This document shows, in pieces, positions 28,501 to 32,000 of a stretch of 32,000 nt of DNA (position 1 is the stretch's first letter; each line of letters starts with the position of its first letter). The position numbers and the translations under genes were made by a program. The notes beneath the pieces are model-generated. The model was given only the letters and a program-made list of their open reading frames with translations. It had not been told where the DNA came from and made no database searches. Source of the DNA: an uncultured Clostridia bacterium (lineage in GTDB: Bacteria; Bacillota; Clostridia; Christensenellales; UBA1242); NCBI GenBank assembly GCA_944372365.1, contig CALVYP010000001.1, positions 155,691 to 187,690 on the forward strand. The letters run 5' to 3'.

Positions 28501-29442
28501 ATAAAAGTTAACGGCAAATGGCTCAACCGCCGCAACGAAGAAGAAGCCTCCGCCGTTGCAAGCTTGCTTAAAAAACTTATCAAAAACAAGCGCAACCGCT
28601 CTTCAATTGGAATTATCACCTTCAACACCGAACAGGAAAACGCCATCGAAGACGCAATCGACAGAGAATGCCAAAAGGATGAAGCGTTTAGAGACGCCGT
28701 GGTTAGAGAACGCAACCGCAAAGAAAACGGCGAAGATATTTCGCTTTTCATCAAAAACCTTGAAAATGTGCAAGGCGATGAGCGAGACATAATAATATTC
28801 AGCATCGGCTATGCAAAAAATGAGTATGGCAAGGTTGTTGCCCACTTTGGGCCGCTGTCGGTTGAAGGCGGCGAAAACAGACTTAACGTTGCAATCACTC
28901 GTGCTAAACAAAAGATATATGTGATCACATCCATCGAGCCAGAAGAACTTGCCGTTGAAGGCACAAAAAATGCAGGGCCTAAAATTTTTAAAAGTTATTT
29001 AAAATATGTGCGAGCAGTTTCAAACAAAAAGAACAAAGAGGCCGAAATCATACTAAACAGTTTCAAACCAGCCCTTCCAGCACCAAAAGAAGAAATTGTT
29101 TTAAACCAACTTGAAAACGACATCAAGGCAGAACTTGTTAAACTTGGCTATGATGTAGAAACCAACCTTGGCAACACCAACTACAAAATCTCGCTTGCGG
29201 TGTATGACAAAAAGTTGGATAGATATCTGCTTGGAATCGAGTGCGACTATGCTGCTTTCAAAAGCAGCAACTCAATTTTAGAGCGAGATGTTTATCGCAA
29301 TAAATTTCTTTCATCCCGCGGCTGGAAGATTATGCGCGTGTGGAGCAGAGATTGGTGGCTGAATAAAAACCGAGTTGTTTCAAATATCGTCAAAGAAATT
29401 GCTGCAAGCAAGAAAAAACTTGAAAATAAGGCAAAAAAATAA
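25600..29442 (+). CDS. DUF4011-like / Upf1-like superfamily 1 helicase fused to a C-terminal Vsr/DUF559-like (PD-(D/E)xK-type) endonuclease fold
   Basis: 1280 aa. The N-terminal segment is GYPFVTGY...IKAPLVLFPV. Helicase motifs: Walker A VIYGPPGTGKSQTIVN (K357), motif II ILFDEASQV, GDSKQLRP, YHYRSKNEELINFSNHAFY, VQGDERDIIIFS, NRLNVAITRAK. The C-terminus is LLGIECDYAAF...ERDVYRNKFLSSRGWKIMRVWSRDWW. An alternative start at 25621 (MKSIY) has a better SD-like AAGGAA. Confidence 0.9.
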   Translation: MSVRKTQMKSIYKYYKERLIEISGKNRSLYSKNLSKKYAYDIGSIIGDDGKEFDEFFTFLWKGKRTSFPLIRKEIKDRLYKNLNLEEKVKAAFLDTSNLSAEEKRNENLRRERIKREEIKKAITGQVTKLRSLKREVEEFAKETGRYEMFVGYPFVTGYINKDLQIKAPLVLFPVVINVENDSVVSIEAKHDELVQFNKVLMLAYAKEHRLNTDGMLTEFDNLLDYKLKSVKDVVEYLSAYGFKFNLPKNFGDKMIKFESIGEPSYRDDSLKVHNACVIGRFPLANSIYNDYSLLEKKKLSTEAIDELLLAKPSKKIRRFDDHTFTINDLDYAQENAIAKLNQSGNLVIYGPPGTGKSQTIVNIISDALCKNKKVLVVSQKKAALDVVFNRLKALNSKCMFITDAEKNKVEFYERCNKMHNILLESYHKTEENNDFEQVEKSINKELGELQTISDTLFTKTPFGLSLQEMYTNSAKIGKNSFDYVLYKQMLKNSYIMKMNYKRLHSTVRVIKEKNKSGLYYRYILLKKNNPLIDHIKSNIDIHVINQMKTYLSSLLQKNIVPFDTAQNPHARQLLVYMLENNIEDENKLHPLVQMIAKIENPKLNAALNWSKIVLPLYPFTRHKMNKKQAELKTQFISTLQQMREYVTSYALLEKVLDKKGYLMTIDNIINGNPTFLKLLLNALSDYVEIRDMNIALQNLTDDEKQVLNFAYQNSSNAKQYKEIVDKILEIRVYHETITYEEKYKEKLSKIIDFENIRNRILSLKEEQQQIAIQICADKFKDEYIDYFNTSPESKNYLYQINKQQGLMPIRKMMDLYGDFLQKLFPCWLLSPESVSTIFPLKKNMFDIILFDEASQVFIENTLPTIYRGKYIVVAGDSKQLRPTATFMKRYMGNDSDDDLDLATIAALEVESLLDLATSRYNAANLTYHYRSKNEELINFSNHAFYDGKLQVAPNISKNVGEKPIERIKVNGKWLNRRNEEEASAVASLLKKLIKNKRNRSSIGIITFNTEQENAIEDAIDRECQKDEAFRDAVVRERNRKENGEDISLFIKNLENVQGDERDIIIFSIGYAKNEYGKVVAHFGPLSVEGGENRLNVAITRAKQKIYVITSIEPEELAVEGTKNAGPKIFKSYLKYVRAVSNKKNKEAEIILNSFKPALPAPKEEIVLNQLENDIKAELVKLGYDVETNLGNTNYKISLAVYDKKLDRYLLGIECDYAAFKSSNSILERDVYRNKFLSSRGWKIMRVWSRDWWLNKNRVVSNIVKEIAASKKKLENKAKK

Positions 29443-29466
29443 TTTTATTATCATCTTTTAATCGTT

Positions 29467-29495
29467 TGACATAATATTTTTGAGATAGTATAATT
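29467..29495 (+). promoter_or_regulatory. Consensus sigma-A promoter of the 105-aa membrane protein gene
   Basis: TTGACA (29467-29472), a 17-nt spacer, then TATAAT (29490-29495). Confidence 0.6.
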
Positions 29496-29516
29496 TTGAC
29501 ATAAGGAGGTTAAAGC

Positions 29517-29834
29517 ATGGCAAACTCATCAAAATCTAAAAAATCCACTTCATCAAAAAGCGGAAGCGGAATGTGGGGATTGAACAAAATTTCATTTTGG
29601 ATTATTGTGGCAGTTACAGTTTTATATGCAGTTGCTTTAATTTTGGCAGCATGTGGTGTAACATCTGTTGCAGTTTCTGCTTTGCAAGGAATTGCCGCTG
29701 CAATGATGATTGTTATTGTTTCAATTCTTGCATGGAGATATGTTAAACCTAAACCAGCGGTTTGGAAAGTGCTTTACTTTGTGTGCCTGTTGATTGTGAT
29801 TGCGGGCATAATCGTTCCACTTGTTTTAGGGTAA
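29517..29834 (+). CDS. Small membrane protein (Ser/Lys-rich N-terminus, 3 predicted TM helices)
   Basis: 105 aa with a strong SD (AAGGAGG), its own promoter and its own terminator. The hydrophobic segments are FWIIVAVTVLYAVALILAA, GIAAAMMIVIVSILAW and VLYFVCLLIVIAGIIVPLV. Confidence 0.75.
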   Translation: MANSSKSKKSTSSKSGSGMWGLNKISFWIIVAVTVLYAVALILAACGVTSVAVSALQGIAAAMMIVIVSILAWRYVKPKPAVWKVLYFVCLLIVIAGIIVPLVLG

Positions 29835-29840
29835 AAAATT

Positions 29841-29868
29841 CAGCCAAAGTTTTGGCTGTTTTTTTTAT
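29841..29868 (+). terminator. Intrinsic terminator
   Basis: Stem cagcca (29841-29846) / tggctg (29853-29858), followed by a T-run of about 10. Confidence 0.8.
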
Positions 29869-29871
29869 TTT

Positions 29872-29880
29872 TGATATAAT
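29872..29880 (+). promoter_or_regulatory. Extended -10 promoter (TGaTATAAT) placed to give a leaderless ogt mRNA
   Basis: TGATATAAT is at 29872-29880 and the ogt ATG is at 29887. Only 6 nt lie between them and no SD is present. Confidence 0.4.
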
Positions 29881-29886
29881 AAAATT

Positions 29887-30333
29887 ATGAAATACGCATT
29901 CTATAAATTTGATTTTGGATATATAAAAATTGCTTATGCAGATGGCAAAATTTTTTCGTTGCATTTTTGCAGCAATATTGACAAGCAAAACCAGCCAAGT
30001 GATTTTTCCAACGCAATATACAAGCAACTGCAAGAATACTTTGCAAAAAAGCGCAAAACTTTTGATGTGCAATTTAATCTTAAAGGCACGCCTTTTCAAA
30101 TGCGCGTTTGGCAGCAGCTTCAAAAAATTCCATACGGGCAAACGCAAACTTACAAACAGATTGCCGAAGCCATAGGCAAACCAAAAGCCAGCCGCGCTGT
30201 TGGCATGGCGATCCACAACAATCCCATCGCAATAATAATCCCCTGCCACCGAGTGATAGGCTCAAACGGAAAGTTGACAGGCTATGCCGGTGGGCTTGAT
30301 TTAAAGCAATATCTTTTAAATATAGAAAAATAA
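29887..30333 (+). CDS. ogt: Methylated-DNA--protein-cysteine methyltransferase
   Basis: 148 aa. Motifs: TPFQMRVWQQLQKIPYGQTQTYKQIA, the active-site PCHRVIG, and GYAGG. Confidence 0.93.
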   Translation: MKYAFYKFDFGYIKIAYADGKIFSLHFCSNIDKQNQPSDFSNAIYKQLQEYFAKKRKTFDVQFNLKGTPFQMRVWQQLQKIPYGQTQTYKQIAEAIGKPKASRAVGMAIHNNPIAIIIPCHRVIGSNGKLTGYAGGLDLKQYLLNIEK

Positions 30334-30341
30334 ACACAAAA

Positions 30342-30366
30342 AAATGGCTAATTTGCCATTTTTTTA
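30342..30366 (+). terminator. Intrinsic terminator after ogt (overlaps the SDR gene 3' end)
   Basis: Stem aaatggc (30342-30348) / gccattt (30355-30361), followed by a T-run. Confidence 0.65.
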
Positions 30367-31247
30367 TTTATTTTTTGATAAATTTCCTCCGCCTTTTGAT
30401 AAATTTTTTGAATTTCTTGCTCGTCGCAAGCTTTTAGTTTTTTGCGTTTTGGCATTCCCCAGATGCTGAAAATTTTAGGCCCAAGCCATTCGCAATAATC
30501 AAGTTTTGAGAATATGCCTTTAATCAGTGACAGGCTTGATTTTTTTGGCGAATTGAAAATAAGCTTCATAGGCAGCGCAATGATCTTTGAAATAAATTTA
30601 GGGAAGTTTTTCATAAGATTGGTGTAGCTGATTCCTGGATGAACCACTGATAAGTCTACTTTTGAATTGTTTTGCAATAATTTCATCAGTGAAAACATTA
30701 TAAAGCGCTTAGAGTTGCCATAAATTTTTTGATCGTCGGTGTTGGTTGAATAATCCACATCATTTTCATCATATTTTGCAAACTTATATGCCAAACTTGA
30801 CACAACCACAACTTTGGCTTTGCCTGCGCTTTCAAGTTTTGGAAGCAAGCCTTTTGTTATATAATACGGCGCGATAAAGTTGACTTTAAAAATTATGTTG
30901 TAATCGCCTTTCTCATGCTCCACTGGCAGTCTGAACACTCCCGCATTGTGAACAAGAATATCAATGCGCGAAAGTTTTTTAAGTTTTTCCACGCATTTTT
31001 GCACATCTGCCATATTTGACAGATCAGCTGCTATGATTTCAACATTTAAATTTGCATGCTTTTCAAGCAGCGCGCTTTTAAGTTTTTCAAGCCCTTCGAT
31101 GTTTCTGTCGATTGCAACGATATCCGCTCCAAGCCTTGCCAAATGAAAACAACATTGCGTGCCAATGCCGCCCGCTGCGCCCGTAAGCACAACGGTTTTG
31201 CCTTCAAGCGACGAAGTGTTTCGTTTAAACCAACCATTATATTCCAT
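30348..31247 (-). CDS. Short-chain dehydrogenase/reductase (SDR) family oxidoreductase
   Basis: 299 aa. Rossmann motif VLTGAAGGIGTQ, NAG (HNAGV), catalytic YGNSK. The SD is AAAGGTGA. An extended -10 (TGATATAAT on the minus strand, 31273-31265) lies upstream. Confidence 0.9.
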   Translation of the reverse strand: MEYNGWFKRNTSSLEGKTVVLTGAAGGIGTQCCFHLARLGADIVAIDRNIEGLEKLKSALLEKHANLNVEIIAADLSNMADVQKCVEKLKKLSRIDILVHNAGVFRLPVEHEKGDYNIIFKVNFIAPYYITKGLLPKLESAGKAKVVVVSSLAYKFAKYDENDVDYSTNTDDQKIYGNSKRFIMFSLMKLLQNNSKVDLSVVHPGISYTNLMKNFPKFISKIIALPMKLIFNSPKKSSLSLIKGIFSKLDYCEWLGPKIFSIWGMPKRKKLKACDEQEIQKIYQKAEEIYQKINKKMAN

Positions 31248-31297
31248 GCTTTCACCTTTGTTTAATTATATCATAAAACAAAAATTTGCACAAAAAA

Positions 31298-31317
31298 AAC
31301 CATGAGTTAACATGGTT
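31298..31317 (-). terminator. Intrinsic terminator after the 217-aa membrane protein gene
   Basis: Stem aaccatg (31298-31304) / catggtt (31311-31317). An A-run on the plus strand gives a T-run on the minus strand after the stem. Confidence 0.7.
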
Positions 31318-31328
31318 TTTTGTTTTAA

Positions 31329-31982
31329 TTATGCTTCTTGTTTTGGTTGCTCTTCTTTTGGAGCTTTGCCTTTGCCGATTATATAAAGCGCAACTGAAAG
31401 CCCAGCAGCTGCTAAAAGCAAAGCTTCAACAACGCCAAACACAGCCGCAAAGATTACCGCGCCATCGCAAGTTAATTCGTCCAAGCCATCCAGCGATGAT
31501 GTTTCACCAAATGTGCTTAATTTAAACGCATCAATTTTCATAACTGCCGCATCGCTTGCGTTAAGTTCGCCCGCCCAAATGGCGTCCCAACTTTCCTTGT
31601 CGCTTTTAAGTTCTGCCACACCAGCATCATATTCTTCCTGCGTCATGTCTTGACTTGTTGTAAGCAACAAAATTTTGTTGCCATTGCGAACCGTCCAAAA
31701 TTCGCCAGATTCCTGTTCGCCTTTTTCTTCGCCCGCCTCATACGAGTAAACTATATTTGCTTTATTGCCGTTGAAGATGATTTTGTATTCTATTGTAGCG
31801 CCGCCCTGCACGCCATCTTCCTCTGTCAGTGTTTGGGTGATAGAATATGCCATCCCAGTGCTAACCGGACGAGCCAGCAAACCAATGTAGATTGCAAGAC
31901 CTGCAACGGCAATCACCGCGGCCACAATCATCACTGGCAATTTTGCAAAAAACTTTTTTGCGTTTGATAAAAATGTTTTCAT
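31329..31982 (-). CDS. Hypothetical protein with N-terminal and C-terminal TM helices flanking an acidic soluble domain
   Basis: 217 aa with a strong SD (AAGGAGGG). The TM segments are LPVMIVAAVIAVAGLAIYIGLL and AVIFAAVFGVVEALLLAAAGLSVALYII. Confidence 0.7.
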   Translation of the reverse strand: MKTFLSNAKKFFAKLPVMIVAAVIAVAGLAIYIGLLARPVSTGMAYSITQTLTEEDGVQGGATIEYKIIFNGNKANIVYSYEAGEEKGEQESGEFWTVRNGNKILLLTTSQDMTQEEYDAGVAELKSDKESWDAIWAGELNASDAAVMKIDAFKLSTFGETSSLDGLDELTCDGAVIFAAVFGVVEALLLAAAGLSVALYIIGKGKAPKEEQPKQEA

Positions 31983-32000
31983 TTTTCCCTCCTTAATTTT

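Noticed and set aside
29749-30249. A 166-aa minus-strand ORF overlapping ogt and the small membrane protein gene.
   Set aside because: It is a shadow ORF antisense to ogt (PCHRV active site on the plus strand). It spans a terminator.

Overview
This is a densely coding, AT-rich chromosomal segment that uses the standard genetic code. Gene content and order (ssb/rpsF, secA, ychF-mrnC-rlmB-sigH, gyrB-gyrA) point to a low-GC Gram-positive, Clostridia/Bacilli-like bacterium.

Most of the window is housekeeping:
- ssb (partial) and rpsF
- secA
- the ychF-mrnC-rlmB-sigH block
- a homodimer-type ABC exporter
- an inositol monophosphatase family protein
- a single initiator tRNA-fMet
- a long minus-strand run, gyrB-gyrA-metG-rlmA
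- ogt
- an SDR oxidoreductase

I saw no rRNA, CRISPR array, transposase, integrase or phage genes.

Parts not explained by housekeeping:
1. A roughly 290-nt ORF-free stretch between secA and rpsF. Most of it is G+C-rich and full of stems, so it is a candidate structured RNA or MITE-like insertion.
2. A 1384-aa orphan protein with low-complexity regions, a two-helix membrane hairpin and in-frame tandem repeats. It sits between secA and ychF and is apparently co-transcribed with housekeeping genes.
3. A 20-codon upstream ORF with a consensus promoter and strong SD ahead of the ABC exporter. An alternative pairing there could couple its translation to the exporter's SD.
4. An accessory patch (21.2-29.8 kb) placed where dnaA-dnaN-recF usually precede gyrB. 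It holds a GLUG-repeat surface protein coupled to a 4-TM protein. Divergent from that operon is a 1280-aa DUF4011/Upf1-like SF1 helicase fused to a C-terminal Vsr/DUF559-like nuclease fold.
5. A MetRS-family gene with a degenerate KMSKS motif (KASSS) and no T-box leader.

The helicase-nuclease is my best candidate for an uncharacterised nucleic-acid surveillance or defence module.

All functional calls come from reading motifs by eye. No database search was run.
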